Notes: generated by a model not told the origin, from the sequence alone. Positions 26,069 through 41,110 are shown, counted from the stretch's first letter. The stretch: DNA of 64,000 nucleotides from Azolla caroliniana (GCA_043228905.1 JBHGNT010000007.1:6758001-6822000); one strand, 5' to 3'. Numbers and translations: made by a program.

Positions 26069-26155
26069 TTGTTTTGAACCATCTCCCTCCCCCTCCCTCT
26101 CTCTGAGTCCGTTTTCGTCCTCCTCCTCGCCTCGCCCATCTTCTTCTCCTTCGCC

Positions 26156-29100
26156 ATGGCTGTCGATGAATTCCAAGACAAGAACCTGATCTTCAAAAAG
26201 CTCAAATCCAAGTCTGAGAACAAGGTATATATATACTCAACACTCACAGAACCTCTCTCTCTCTCTCTTTCTCACCATCATTTCTTTGTTTCTATCTCCG
26301 TATTTCTGCCACTTCTTTTACAAATGTATACTCTTTCTTCACTTTGGCATGTTACCACTGGTCACAAACTAACTATCTCTGTCAGATCTGACGATCTCTT
26401 TTAATCTCCGATCTTTGGTTGAGGCCATAATCTCGTTTCTATTCTGGTGCAATTTACGGTGTATTATGATGGAAATGTGTCTTTGTTGAATAACATGATA
26501 GGTAGTTCCTATAGAGAGGGATCAAATCGAGGTGCTATATCGTTGAATATGTCAAGATGACTTGGAAAAGAGAGAATCCTCGATTATATTGGATCACCAC
26601 ATCTATACTTCTTATATAATGCTAGGGGAAGGAAGGATCGAGGTGCTACAAATAGAGTTTTGTAATGCTTAATTTTATGTTAGAGGAGAAGTCATGTGTG
26701 AGAGAGATAGAACTCGGGATATGTAGAATCCTCTATATATGAAGATATGGCTAACACTTCAATGCGATTGAAGAGATTCTCACCATATTCATACCTGGGT
26801 GGTATCAGATCTCTTCACATCCAGTCTTGATTCAGATCGCATCGTCTTATTACTTTTCACACTTTTCGTGTTCCTCTATCTCGAATGTAGTCAGATCCCT
26901 CAGTCGTTGTTGTTATATTACCAAGCTGAAGTTTTCCACGATTTATTTTCTGCATTTTCTTGACCTTCTAAACGGGAGCTTGATGACATTTCTGAAAATC
27001 TAGATTTGTTTTACACTCCTCTCGAAATCTCGTGCTTTCCAGATTCCTTTGGCTATAGATCTCAGTTATGTAATAAAGCCGAAGTTGTTTGATTAAATCT
27101 AAATCTTGTCATCGTCCTTTCTTCTACTTGGAGACACAATGCTTGAACTAGTAACTGGTTTCAACTATTAAATATCTTATGTGATAGATTAGGAGAAGTT
27201 ACATTACGATAGACGAGAATCTAGATGTTATATGTTGAACTGTGAACAACCTAACCTAGTATATAATCACATGTGCAAACTTATGCAGTTTAATACCATG
27301 AAACTTCACTTTTGCATATATATTCAAGGAATTTTCATTAATGCTATTTTCGTTTGACCTCGCAATTTCCATGATATGATTCATCACAATTTGCATATGA
27401 CTTCCATATAATTCCTCAGAATTCCCATATAATTCTTGGCAATTTCCTTTTGAGAGTTGTATCTATTTTAGAAATTTTAGAATCTTGAATTTGATTTAAT
27501 CGAGGAGCGTGTGGTTTAAGATTGGCCCTTGCACATTCAAGCAGACTAGCAGCTTCTTGTAACTTTGCTGGAGTGTTTATCTATATCAGAGACTCACAAC
27601 CTAGAGTCAGTTCAGAGTGTGTACAGTGCTTTTCCTTCAAGATCTGTGGCGTTCTTTTAGTTCTGGTTGGATCGTGAATTAGCTTGGATTTCTGCTTCCA
27701 TTTCAGTTATTTATTTTTCTTGCAAAGAGAGTGATGTTTCAGAATTTCTTTTTCGCAGGTGTGTTTTGATTGCTGTTCGAAAAATCCAACTTGGGCTTCA
27801 GTTACTTATGGAATTTTCATCTGTCTTGATTGCTCTGCTGTTCATCGAAGCCTCGGTGTCCATATTACCTTCGTGAGGTAAATACAACTCAATGAATCAT
27901 AAATGTTCTGAAGTTTCATGAAAATTTACTATTGGGCTGTGGGCAAAGCTTGAAACATACTTGAACATATGGATATTCATCCTCAATATCAATACTATTA
28001 TTAATTTAAATATACTCATATGTATAGTACATATAACATATTTCTGCAGTTACAAAGGCATATAAAACATGAAGATGTGATACAAGAGCACATTGATGTA
28101 TCAGAATTCTAGTAACACAGGCCAAATTTTAGTAATACAGTAAAAAAAGAAAAGTCTTGTATTTTTAACTCCAAACGTACAAGTATGTAGCAAATGTTTG
28201 ATACTTTGCTTTTGGGCATTCTGTTTTCTTTCTTATTTCGTCAATGACTGAAGTATCATGAATGCTATATTGCACATTTTTCCTCCTAAAGATATGTTGT
28301 TCTATTTTGTAATGGACTCCTAGATCCACAAACTTGGATAGTTGGACTCCAGATCAATTGAAAACTATGACCTATGGTGGAAATGCAAGAGCGAGTACAT
28401 TCTTTAAACAACATGGATGGACAGATGGAGGGAAAATGGAGGCCAAGTATACATCAAGAGCAGCTGAACTTTACAAGCAATTGCTTATGAAGGAGGTTTC
28501 ACAGTCATCAATCATTGTTAATGCTACTACTTCCACAAATGTACAGTCTCTGAAGACAAATGCATTTGATGCCTTTGCTAATGAGGATTTTGTTGAGATA
28601 ACAAGCTCTCTAAGCCAGGATACTACAAAAACTGAGCCTCAAATTGTTCCAATAGTAACAGTAGCTTCTCATCCTCCTTCTTCTAATGGTACGGTCAAGA
28701 GGCCTGTTTCACTTGGTGCTAAGAAGGTATCAGGAGGCAAGCCAAGTTCATTAGGTGTAAAGAAACTTACCTCAAAGGTTTGCTCTCTTCTTATTTGGGA
28801 TGTCATTTTTATTCATACACATTTTTAAGGGAAACCTTATCATTTTCTCTCTTTGCATTGTGAAAAATTGTGCCAATGTCAATGTTGCAAAGTCATTTTG
28901 CTATCATTTCACTCTTTATATTGTAAAAAAGTTGTGATTATCTATATTTTAAAGTCATGATTTCGGAGCAAACTGGTTGCACAAGCGAGATTGATCTAAA
29001 ATGACCAATAATGAACTAAACGTTAAGCCTATCAGTTAAGACATGAGCCCACATCCTTAAGTTGCAAAGCACAAGCTTTACAACTGCACCCTCATGTCTT

Positions 29101-31118
29101 ATATGTTTGAACTTTGAGAATTGCAACAAGGTAAACTTGGGGACCTATAAACAATTATTTTATATAAAGGCGATGGATTCAGGTGATGCGTTAGCAGTGA
29201 ATTTGTTGTTTTTTTGGCTAGTTTCAATGTTCTTATAATTTCTTTCTGTGTATGCTGTAGCCCAACGAGAACTTATACAACCAGAAGCCTTTGGAGGACG
29301 CTCCCAAAGTGGTTCCGTCTCATGGATCTAACGGCACTAACGGCACTAATGGCACTAATGGATCTAATCACATCTCTCGTTTTAACTACACTGAAGATTT
29401 ACTTCCCCCATCAAATTCAAAACCCACACCCATTTCCAATGGCCATATTTCAGCTCCTTCAGGTGGGGCTACTGATTTCTTTTCAGAGTTTGGAGGCTTA
29501 TCAAGCCTAAAAAAACAGCAAATGAATGGACGTTCAAAAGTTCAGGTAAACAAATTTTGTCTATTAGTAATATATCTACAGCTTTGCTAGTTTCTTAGCA
29601 GAAAATGGTGCTAAAGCTCCATCATTCTTCTCTCAGGTACAGGAGAGTAATGAAGCAAGAACCAAGTTTGCAAATGCAAAATCTATATCATCTTCTCAGT
29701 TTTTTGGCGATCAGAAAAAGGCTACAGATCCTGAAAGCCAAGCTCGGCTGCAAAAGTTTGCAGTATGTGTTCTCCCTTCACACAGAGTTTCAATCCTCGT
29801 CATACAAAATTTCAAATTTTAGTGTGGGGAACTCCAAAATACATCTGAGATTTTCTTTATTTCCCGAAATGCCTCAAGTTTTTTATTAGTTTGCCAAATG
29901 GCCTTGGTCAACCAATGAAAGGAAGAAAAAGGGGATTATTTGACCACATAATCGCTCAAATAGCCCCATAATTATACTTGGAGAAGAGGGGATGAATCAT
30001 GTGTATATTTAGCACATATAGTTACTCTTTCAGGCTTGGCCAAGGGCATTCATGGAAATCATGAAAATTTAAGGCATTTGGTGGAAATAAAGAAAAACTT
30101 GGGGTATTTCATTTCAGAGGTTCTCCCTTCCGGTTTCTCTGGTATAAAGTGCTAATGCAAAGTACTGTTTCCTATAGAATTCTTCTGCTATTTCTAGTTC
30201 CGATTACTTCAGCAACAATAGTGGAGGGGATGAAGAATTCGATGGCTCACCCTTTGACCTCACTGCAACTGAACTGATGAGCAAAATCTCACTTCAGGTT
30301 TCTCCATCTATTTCTTTCTGGCGAGACTGTGTATTTAGGTTAAACAAATGTTGATGTAGTGACGCAATCTACATTCACCATGGAAGGTTTGTATATACGT
30401 ATTGTACCATTAGCATTAAACTTGTGTTTATGTTATAATTTATATAACTATCACAGTTGAAGAGATAGAAAGTTGAAACCACAAAGAAAGTCTTGTCATT
30501 TAAAGATGTGGATTCAAAGGTTGCAATGACTCAACATCTATAAATGTAGGCACCATGCTTTCATATTAATAACAGAAAATTTTGACTATATATTTAGTTT
30601 CACGACGGGACATCAGAGAAATAATGTAAAACTTGGCCATTTCTGAGTTTTTCCGCAGTACAGTCTCTGTTATATATTAGGATCGATGCCACTGTAAAAA
30701 CTCCCAAAAGCCGTGAATTTTTCATTCTCTCCCCAAATGCATTGGTCAACCTCCAAAAGAGGGAAATGGGAGGAATAGACATAATTTCTCAAATAGCCCA
30801 TGTAATTGGTTCAAATGTGATTGCCCAAAGACATTTGTGGAAATAATGAGGAGCATTTGGGAAAATAAAGGAAAAAACCTGTCTTTCCCAGGTTTTCCAG
30901 ATATCTAAACTGAAATCCAGAACTCTACACATTATTATTATTATTGCTATTTCCTGCCCTCTTTCTCTCTCTCTCTTTCTCTCTCTGAATAATGGGAATT
31001 CTTTGTACAGGCATCTCAAGATATGACCAACTTAAAAGCCATGGCTGGTGAAACAGGAAGGAAGCTCTCATCCTTTGCATCAAGCTTTATCACAGATTTA
31101 CAAGATAGAATGGGCTAG
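26156..31118 (+). CDS. AGD8/AGD9-like: ADP-ribosylation factor GTPase-activating protein, Glo3/ArfGAP2/3 type (AGD8/9/10-like), 426 aa, 7 exons
   Basis: Exons 26156-26224, 27759-27877, 28324-28777, 29261-29545, 29637-29762, 30178-30297, 31011-31118, all GT-AG and in phase; CFDC...[27 protein letters not shown] zinc finger; Glo3 motifs [11 protein letters not shown] and [10 protein letters not shown]. Confidence 0.95.
29826..30128. mobile_element. MITE-like inverted-repeat element in ARF-GAP intron 5; related copy in intron 6 (about 30690-30925)
   Basis: TTTTCTTTATTTCC...AAATGCCT...GGCCTTGG at the left is mirrored by CCAAGGGC...AGGCATTT...GGAAATAAAGAAAA at the right. Confidence 0.5.
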
Positions 31119-33398
31119 TCTTCACGAGTATGGATACCTCCTATAATGCTAAATAATGGATCTTCTTTGTTAAGTAATATTTTTATGATGCTTCCTTCCA
31201 AGCAATTATCGAATCTGAAGAGGAAGTTACCATAAATAGAAAAAAGCTTGGGTTATTTTTTCTTTAACTTGACATTTTGGGAGATTACACTGCTATTTGT
31301 AACACTAAAGATATAATTATTTGGATTGTATCTCATTCATTACCAAACTCATTATTCTTTTATAAGCTGAGAAAGCATCCTATTTTTTAAAATATTTATT
31401 GATTATATGCCTCATTCAACCCTTGCCCATAACATAAGGCTTCGTGCTGTCTCAGATATGTTCTGCAATCTAGACAATTCATTTATGGTCATTGATTGAA
31501 GAATCATTTTTACATCGAGAGGAAGATCAAGTAAGCATTTTTTTGCTTATGATATTGTAGGTGTATCTATATCGAAACATGTGGCAACAGTTTTTCATTG
31601 ATGTTATCATGTGTCGAAATAGATTACGATCTGGGAATTGCCGTGTCAAATAATACTTATTCTATCTCTCTTTACACAGTAAATTACATTTGTTGTACCA
31701 AACGAGAAAACTATCATCTTCTCTGAATGGGCAAAACATGCCCACTAATCAGCTAGAGCCCGTCCTGTGACAAATTCTCTCATTTTCATTCTCATTCTCA
31801 ATGTCTTGTCAATGTCTGCTATAGTGTTCATTAATAAAATTCTCAAAAACTGAGCATTATCTATAAACAACTCACAAGGGAAAACGTCTCACTTTGATAT
31901 TTATTGTGGTGGAAGCTCTTTATGCATGCCCATTATTTCTCCATTTTTGGCCCTTGCCCATTGCCATTTCTATTCCCAATCAAGGGTTTTTTAGTGTTCT
32001 TAAGCTCTTATTCATTCATAGCTTTTGTGACTTTTATGTAGTGAAAGCCCCTTCCAAGTGCATGTCCTCCAATCTCGTGTGCTTGAAGTTCATCATAAAC
32101 TATACGTAGATCAATTTCCTTGGCAGTAGCTTGAGGGCATTGATAAGGATAATTAATTGTTGGCAATCCACCTTCCGTAAACACCATGCCGCGTTTTAAC
32201 ATGAACCAACTAATTGTTGTCTTGTATGACAAGTTGCATCTGGTTTCTCTTTTGCTCTACTAAAAACATAAGAGTGTGACCTGATCCAATTCATTTTCAT
32301 TTGTGAAATCCTAATGTCCTTTTTCCTTGCGAACTAATAAACTTTGTCATCTATGAAATATTAAACACTCAATGAATGATTGTATGTTGCAAGTCTAAAA
32401 CATGTAGATTTGACCCCTAAAATAACCTTGATTATGCTCCTATAAAATGTAATTTCAGAAATGTTTTGGAATAACATAGCCCACAAGTGTTATATGTCAT
32501 GCATTTGGTTCGAATAAAAAACTAGATATTCATATTGGCCCTTCTCGAGCCACATGCAAAATTTTAAAGCATTTGAACCATGTGGATGCAAATAACACTT
32601 CTCTAAGTACATCTACAAATGACCTTTCGCAAAACTATCCCATGTAACATCTTTGAACTTGTCTCATTTTTGTGGGTAGTAAATGAGAATATTTTTTTGG
32701 GTGACCTTAAAAGACTTTTTATGGTTGTTTGTTGGAGTATTTTTCAGATTCTTTGCTTGTTGATTGACAATTAGAACTTGTGTATTTATTGGATTTTCTC
32801 ACTAGATGTTTGCTACCTTGGGAGGTCTAGTAGGCTTATTTGGCTAATTTACAATTTGGCTCAACATATGCAATGTCACTCATTCATGATGGTAATGCTA
32901 GCAGCATACGATAAATAAACAAAACCACCAACATTGACAATAAATTCAAGACGCAAATGCTTACTAGTATGAGGAAAACCAATGACCTCGGCTTCCTTTC
33001 TCTTGACTAAATAGACAACTTTGAATATTGAATTGATCCATTTTTTATTCCATTTTTGGGATATGGTTAGTAAGCATGTCTTGTTACATGTGGTAGATCA
33101 ACCTTTTGGCTTTGCAGCCTTAGTGGGTGTGTTGTGGCCCACATCCCAGAAGCACCCAAACCCAAAAGGAAAATACTTTAGTCACTAAGCTTAAGAATTT
33201 TCTTATCTCATCTTCCCGGATGCCCAATCAATCAAAAACACTTTTTGGGATACGAACAAGCCAATATAGAGAAGACAACATTTGTCGTTGTTAATGAAAA
33301 CAAAAAAAGAATTGCATCTAAGTAAACTGAATTTATTAGTGTATGGACATTGAAAACCCTTGGTTATATATAGCTTTTAATCACTCTATTTTTGACCC

Positions 33399-33399
<1 letters not shown>

Positions 33400-33435
<36 letters not shown>
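33400..33435. repeat. (CA)n microsatellite
   Basis: Direct reading. Confidence 0.95.
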
Positions 33436-33437
<2 letters not shown>

Positions 33438-34335
33438 CACTCATAACTCTTGTGCACTAACTCACTTTGAAATTAGGAGCCCATCGCAGTTCAATTTCAA
33501 TGTGGTGTGCATACATCTTTTATATAATTAATTCATCATTGTCAAATCCATATGTCTATCACATTTCCATACTCCAACCATGTGTGTTTTGTTCCAATAA
33601 GTGTGAACGAAGGCTTAGGATGCTCTTCTGGGGAAATGAGAATGTGGCTTGGTAATTAAGCTTATTTAAGTGTGTAAAGTCAACTCGACCAACACAATAC
33701 CTTATCTAAGTTTTGTCATAACTTGAACACACAACTCATGATTAGAGCACAAGTTACAAGTTGGTTATAAGGTACACCTCCATTAACACCATTTCACATT
33801 AAATAAATTGATGTAGAAGGAACCCCTATTAATGAGTGTATCCACTTATGCATGGATGTATTGATATTAATTTGCATTCAGCGGCGCAAATTCCCGAATC
33901 CCAATATGCAAAAAACTTCAACCTGAGGGTATGTTGCAACTTGCATTAACTCATGGATTGAATCATGAATGTCACATGCGTGATAAACATGCAATCATGA
34001 GCATGCATAGACTAATTTCTTTTAGTTGCCCGAAGATTTTGATCTGAAGAAACCAACACAATTACCTATCCATTACCTCTTACTCAATGTTAGGGTCTCC
34101 ATATAACTCTATGTTGGGTACAAGCGAGGAGACTCTTCGACTACAAGTTCATGACGCTAGGGATCACACTCTACTACATTGCGCTACCTCCAATGGAATT
34201 TAATTTTGCATTCTCTATGTTGTAAACCCGAACCATACATTTCTCTTGTAATTGCAATGTGCGTGCCATACATATGATGTGACATTGTGTCTTGGAGAAC
34301 CATAATATATGTGTGTCCGCGTGCGCGTGCGCGTG

Positions 34336-34397
34336 CATGTATGTATGTATGTATGTATGTATGTATGTATGTATGTATGTATGTATGTATGTATGTA
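34336..34397. repeat. (TATG)n microsatellite
   Basis: Direct reading. Confidence 0.95.
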
Positions 34398-36862
34398 CAC
34401 AATGTTAATTAGAAGAATGAGACTATAAAAATAGAGAAGAGACATCATTGGGAAGCATTAGAGGCCTGATTTGATGTTCGTCAAGCATGATAGCAAAATC
34501 AAGATGAGCCATCTCATGGGCCTATAGAATGAGTTAGCATGACCAATGTAGCCTTTTCACTTTTTATATTGATTCAAGGTTTCTTAGTTTTCGTTTGTCA
34601 AACAAGAGAACAAGCTATAAAATGTGTATCATAGGCCATATTGACATCTTCATCTTGCTCTTCTACTTTCGATACCCTTGATGATCATGCCTACCAATTC
34701 CTTGGTGAGTACAATAATAGTAAGTTTAGATAAGTAAATTAATACCATCACATGCACCACACTTGACATTTTACATAAAACTTTGCATAACTTGGACCAT
34801 GTATAGCTTAAACACGTCCTCTTAGATTCTCAATGCCAACACTTTATAATCTTCTATTCCAATTTACCCTTCTAACCTTTAATTTATTGGGTTTATCATT
34901 GGTTTCTATGCCCAATAACAATTTATTTTTACAAATTGATGTCTTCTTTGAGACTCCACAACTTCAAAACGTCTCATGCTTCAAAATGAAAAGGTATACT
35001 ACTATTTACATGATGTGGTACGTTGTGAAAGCATGCAATCATTTGCTTAAAAAGCACTTCATGTTTGCTTCTTCAAGTAGTGACATTTCTAGAACTTGAA
35101 TGATAAAATACTACAATTGTAAAGCTTCATGATTATAATGTTTATGACTCCAAAGATAAACGGGTTCATATGTGAAATGGGGTGCATGAAACATGTTTGG
35201 GGGAATCATCAACTACTTTATGTTCAAGTTTTTTGATGGTCAACCTAGAAGATTGTGCAACAAAAAAGGAACATTTATTCGTGGATGTTTGTGCATATGA
35301 GAGAGATGTATATGATGCTACTTTAGTGGTTTTGGAGAGGTAGGGCATGACCTATGTATAAGGGAGGATCTAGAAAGAGTGTCTTTTGTTGTTGCAAAGG
35401 ATTTAACCACATTTGGCTAGTGCATGTGTCTTAAGGTTGGTTATATATATGTATGTATGTACGTATGTATGTATGCATATGCCTAAAAGAGACATGTGAT
35501 TAGGTCAAACTTGTAAAAGTTATTTGATGTTTGTGCATGAGGTAGATGACCATGTGAAGCACTATCAAATGATTGTGAACACTTCACATTATTATTTGAG
35601 ATGCTCCTCACCGTCAATCATTTGATTACGTACATGATGTGGGTTGACTCTGTAAATTGTATCTATATATCACAATTAGCTACATGGTCAAAATAAAAAA
35701 CACATGTGGAATGTGAAGCTAATAGGAAGCATCAAGAAGATGAAAATTTATCACAATTCAATCCCATAAATACACAAGACGTCACAATAACTCAAAAACA
35801 ATTGAATTATAACTTTCAAAGGCATAAAAAATTGACTAGGCACCTAAGTGACTATGTATATGTAAGAGAGGACATGAGCTCCATGTATTGTTCTCAAACA
35901 AAAGATGGATGTTTGTGATTGCCAATTGTTGCACAACATTTGTAGGCAAATTTAGAAAGTGCTGTGATAAGCTCCCCTATGTATTTTACACAACCGTGAA
36001 TGGCGACAATACTCTAGGTAGAGTAATTATCATCTATTCCATGATAATCTAGTTAAGTTGCATGATAATATAAGGCTTTTCATAGTTTGCATCGTAATGA
36101 ATTAGTTTGAACGAGTTGGGTCACATTGAATCGGTTGCTTGATTGTAAGGTTGCCATAAAGGTTCCACGTTAATAGTTTTTTGTCAGAGGAAGAAGTCAC
36201 TTGGCTGCCTACTTGGGCGGATTGCTAGCTAGGTTAATGTTTGTTCATGTAAGTGATGAGAAGAAGGTTGGGAAATGACGTGATCGAGTGAAGAGGTATG
36301 GTTTTTCCTGGTTCAGAAAGGAAGAGCTGAAAGGCATGGCATGGTTGAGTTGCGGGCCGCGGGCAGACGGTCGGTTTCCAGATCTAAACCATCAATAGTT
36401 TATGCTCAAATCACACAACAGGAGAAAGTTACTTGTTAAGTAACTCTGAGGACTATTAGGAGGGCCTAGTCTCTCTGGTGGATGTGATGGGAGGGACATT
36501 GGTCCATAGTAAGTAAATTAGGCCTAGAAATGGATGCATGCATATCAATGAATGGTCCATCCATCCATCCACCCACATGAGTCTATCTCAATCAAAGGAA
36601 AGAAAAGATGGGGGGGGGGGGGCAGGGGTATTTCTGTAATTATGGAAAACTGAAACATATGTCTGTGAAAGGTCCCACACACACATACAGTCTCTCTCTC
36701 TCTCTCTCTCTCTCTGTCTCCACCCCCTACTTTGTTGGGCTCTTTATTAGAAACCCTAATGTTGCAGAGCTATGGCGATCCTTGGCCATGGAAATGGGCT
36801 GCTGGGGTTTTGTATATAAGCTCCATATCTACCCATAGAACCATCTCCCCCCTCATCCAGCT

Positions 36863-39676
36863 ATGGCCACAAGACCTTACACTAACCTCTCAGCTTCTCC
36901 TTCTCCTGCTTCTTCTTCTTCTTCTTCTCCTTCTCCTTCATCAAAGCTCGCCTTACAGCTTCGCCATGACCTCGCCAAGCTCGCAGATAAAGACCCCGAT
37001 ACTCGAAGAAGATCCATGGAAGCTCTGAAAAGCTTCATACAAGGGCAACTTGATGCCAAAACCATGCTTTCTTTCTTAGATCAAGTCTCTACAGGCGGTG
37101 GAGGAGGAGGAGCAGGAGGAAGTAATAGTAGTAGTAGTAGTAGTAGTAGTAATGGAGGTAGTAGTAGTGGTAATAGCAGTAATGTGTATGCCATCTCTCT
37201 CTTTGTGGAAGTGGCCCGTGTCCACACTGGAGCTGTTATACCATTCATACCTCGGATCATGTCCACAGTCATCAGATGCCTGTCATGTCCATCTGGGAAC
37301 AGTAACAGCAACAATCTGCATGATGCATGTTCGAGGGTAGTGTCTGCAGTAGCAAGGTATGCCATTGGACCAACGCCTAACACCATCAACATAAACAGCA
37401 CTTCTTCTTCTTCTTGTCCATCAAGTAATGTGCTTCATGCACTATGCCAGCCTTTGCTTGGATCTCTTACTTCCAACATAGAGCATGTGAGTGTCGGCTC
37501 GGCGATTTGCCTACAATCTCTGATAGAAGCCGAGAATTGGAAATATGCGGGGGCCGACATTGTGGCCGAGGTCTGCCATGTGGTGTCCATTTGCTTTCTG
37601 GAGAAAGGGAAGAAGACGCCGGCCCATATACGGCTAGTGGCAGCTGTAGCCAAATTCAATGGAAATGGTCTCCAAGGCTATGGATCTTCATTACTCAAGC
37701 TTGCTTCGGATATCATCCTAACCTCAACATCGGGTTCAGGTTCAGGTTTTGGTTTGGGTTTGAGCTCTCCTTCGGGTCTAGGTTCTGTTTCATGGCAACA
37801 CCGAGTGGCAGCAGCCCATCTTATTGGCACCATACTTTGTGGTTTCGATCCTCACAGCCTATCCTCTGAGGTTCTGCTTATCGCGACCAATGCATTGGAG
37901 AGTTGCCGTTGTGATAAGGCCCCAATGGTTCGACAAGCTGTTACTAAGGCCATCTCTTTATATAAAGACAAAGATTTGGGATGTAATAGTAAGCTTAGCC
38001 CCCTTTCTTATGGGATCGTCGAGAGTGAGGGGTCTCCTGACCCAAGAAAGAAAGGTGCCCGAAGAAAGAGGCTATGGAAAATAGAGGAGTCTTCCAACTC
38101 TAGCACTAATTCAAATTCTCTATGTGATGACATTGTGGCTAATTCGAAAGAATCAAAAGAAATGCATCATGGGACTAAATCCATGGCCATAGACAAAACC
38201 CCTTCTTATGGGTCTCCATTGCCTCCATCCCCAGCTTCTTGTTCCAGTGTTAAGCTTGGGCGGTCACCTCTTTACCCTGCCAAACAATCTCCGGTCACGC
38301 CTTCCATGGATCGGTATATGGTCGAATCTGAATTGGACTATTTGCTGGCTCATATTAAGTCTCCTGACTCGAAGGAAAATGCACCTTTGGTTAGAGAGCC
38401 ATTGCCATTGCCATTGCTCAAGTCTGATGAGTTAGGGTATATACACTTCAATAGTGGGTCTAAGATTTCTAAGGACATAGGTGGAGACAATGTTCAACAA
38501 ATAGACCATTCGGTGGAGAATAATTCTGTTTCCGGGGAACCGGAAAAAGAGGTTTTCGGAGAGGAGGAAAAACATGATGTTGTGGACGCAGCAGATCCGT
38601 GTGGAGAATATTGTGTGAAGGGTGATAGCTCTATTGGGTCCTTTTCAAAACAAGAGGCGGAAAAAGAAGATTCAGAGCGAGAAATGTGTGGGAGGGAGAG
38701 CTGCATTGTAGAAGATGGTGAGCACAAAGCTCTAGAAATAGAATCAGATGAAGAGGCAAAGGAAGAAGCAATAAAAGATTCCTTATTGATGGTATGCCAT
38801 AATGCCTGTGTGAACCTCGAGGAAGATCACAAACCACCTGAAGAGCATAGAAGCCTAACCAACCAGGATCATAAACCACTTTTAGAGAATCCCAAAACTC
38901 CTGATCAGGTTTGTAAAGGCCAGATGATCTGAAAATAATATAAAATTGGTTTGTTTGCTTCTTCTTTTGAAATGTTGGAGTATATTCTTTTTTAGGTATC
39001 AAAGAATGACACATCGATCAAAGATTTTCTCACCTTTTCAACACCGAGGAGATCCGTAAAGCCTTTACAACAATCGGGAAGCTCTCCTCTGCATTCTACT
39101 GATAAAAAGCTTTGTGGGATGGATACGGATTTTGAAACTATTAGTGAATCGGGTTGGAGTGTAAGAGATAATCCAATTGCGGGTGATAGTAGTGATACAG
39201 ATTCCTCTTCTCCGAGGTTCACTTGGATGCATACGCTTTTACATAAGAAAGAGGATCCTCCTCTTGTAAGACATTCATTTGCGCAAGGTTCCATTTTAAC
39301 AAACAATGTTGATGGAGATTATATTGGAAAAAGCTCTCGTGTTGCGGCTTCTACGGGACACTTTGGTTCACATTTTCCGGCCTATGAAAGACCGCATGAT
39401 GATGATGATTTGAATCCCGAAGATTTAAATATGAAAGGGCATGTTGATCATGTTTGTGGTCACAGAGATGATACCTTACCACGGGTGGGTTCGCATGAAG
39501 CCAGTCTTTTGCAACGAAGTTTGAGGAAATTTGCAGCGTATGGACAAAGATTTGGGAAGGTTGTTGAGGTTCTTCTACTTGGGGCTCTGCTTGCAGTATT
39601 GGTTTTTGCTACACTCATTACAATTCTAAATTGTGCGAATACTCAAAAAGAGTCTCACTTGCTAGTGCCCACTTGA
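36863..39676 (+). CDS. SINE1: SINE1-like ARM-repeat KASH protein of the outer nuclear envelope (LINC complex), about 908 aa, 2 exons
   Basis: Exons 36863-38908 and 38996-39676 (GT-AG, phase 0); N-terminus LRHDLAKLADKDPDTRRRSMEALKSF...YAISLF..VARVH...ACSRVVSAVARY resembles Arabidopsis SINE1/2; FSTPRR motif; C-terminal transmembrane helix followed by the plant KASH tail LLVPT*. Confidence 0.88.
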
Positions 39677-40989
39677 GTCAATCTTATTTCAAGTGATTCT
39701 TAACATCCCAATTTATTCTTTACAAGAAAAAGATTGTCTAGTGGCTATATGCTTGTAAAAGTGCATTTGGTAGTTATATATCAATCAAGTTTATTTTGTA
39801 GATAGTATTTCTATTAATGGGTCTAACAGCTGGAATGCTATTGTTAGACAATTCTTGTAAAGTGCATTTAGTAATTATATGAGACATTGAATTGAAGTCT
39901 TCTTCTGTAGAAGAATGGGTCTATATATGTGGCCTAAATCCCCAATCATTAGATATATGTATTAGATTTGTTCATTTTTTATATAAGACATTCAGATGGA
40001 TCTATAACAGGATGGATTTTTTTCTTTATAATACAGAAACAGCTAATATATTTCTTTGTAATGTGGTAGTATCCTATGATTGAATGGAATTATTTAGGGC
40101 AGTTCATGAATGTTGGAAGAGTTAGGGGATTAGTGCAAATTCATTATTATGATTGGGCACAAGCAACTTCCGGTTTGAAACCAGACCCTCCCAATTACTT
40201 AATTACCATGGATGTGAGTAATTTGTACCTTAGTTTCACATAAAATAGATGGATTGAGGACATTAATGGTAAGAATGAACAACATTGAGCACATACATCC
40301 AGTAATGGATGTACAGAAATTTTCTGACTACTTAATCGGATCTGAGCATTTAGGTACATGTATATGCTTAGACTTGTTCAGTTTTCCAAAAACTTGGTAA
40401 GTGGGAATGCATTCCCATTCAACAATGGGAATGCAAACACAAGATTTGCTAATTCATTATTTGAAGAGTTTCTCTTCTAGGGAAACTTCCCTTTTAGGTA
40501 AGTGAAACTTGATTGAAGGAGTTCAGATAAGATCGATGCATCAAAAGTTCACCCAAGCCATGCACAAAAATAAATTAAACATCTTATCGTAGAGATCATA
40601 TTGACACTTCAAGGAAGGAGCAGACCGAGAGGGAATTGTTCCAATGCAGGTCGTCAAGTTGAAGATTGGAATGATCAAGAAATTTATCAAGATTATTTAT
40701 TACCTAAGGTGAGCAAGGTTCTTCATCTACTTGGCGAAGGAGACCCACATTATAAGCATTATGCCAAGAAAAATAAAATTCAAGATATCTAACAATCCAT
40801 CGTTTCCATCATTGATCTGAGGTAGAGAGTGCTTATGCCAAGAAAAATAAAATTCAAGCCATCTAACAATCCATCATTTCCATCATTGATGTTAGGGAGA
40901 GATAAAAGTTAAGTTTAGATTTGAGTTACTGATAAACTCACTTTCCTTGAACTTAAGAATACAATTAAGGAACAATGTTGTTTATTTCA

Positions 40990-41110
40990 CTAAACTCTGA
41001 GACGAAGGACCCCAAGATCACAAAAATAGGGGCATGCGTCTTAAGAGACATTGATGGCCTTGACCTACTCGGGTTTGTCAATGGAAGTAACCTACAATGG
41101 TATTATGGTA
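40990..41110 (+). mobile_element. Ty3/gypsy (Athila/Tat-like) integrase C-terminal remnant
   Basis: KITKIGACVLRDIDGLDLLGFVNGSNLQWYY resembles the L..DG..L...VNG..LK.Y end of gypsy integrases. Confidence 0.4.

Noticed and set aside
25763-26077. 104-aa Arg/Lys/Glu-rich ORF
   Set aside because: Product of a GA-rich low-complexity tract with a non-ATG start
34090-34192. Minus-strand GGTAGCGCAATGTAGTAGAG resembling a SINE A box
   Set aside because: No convincing B box, tail or TSD visible
38909-38932. Apparent stop ending the 689-aa ORF, implying two separate genes
   Set aside because: It lies in an 87-bp GT-AG intron whose removal joins the downstream KASH exon in frame
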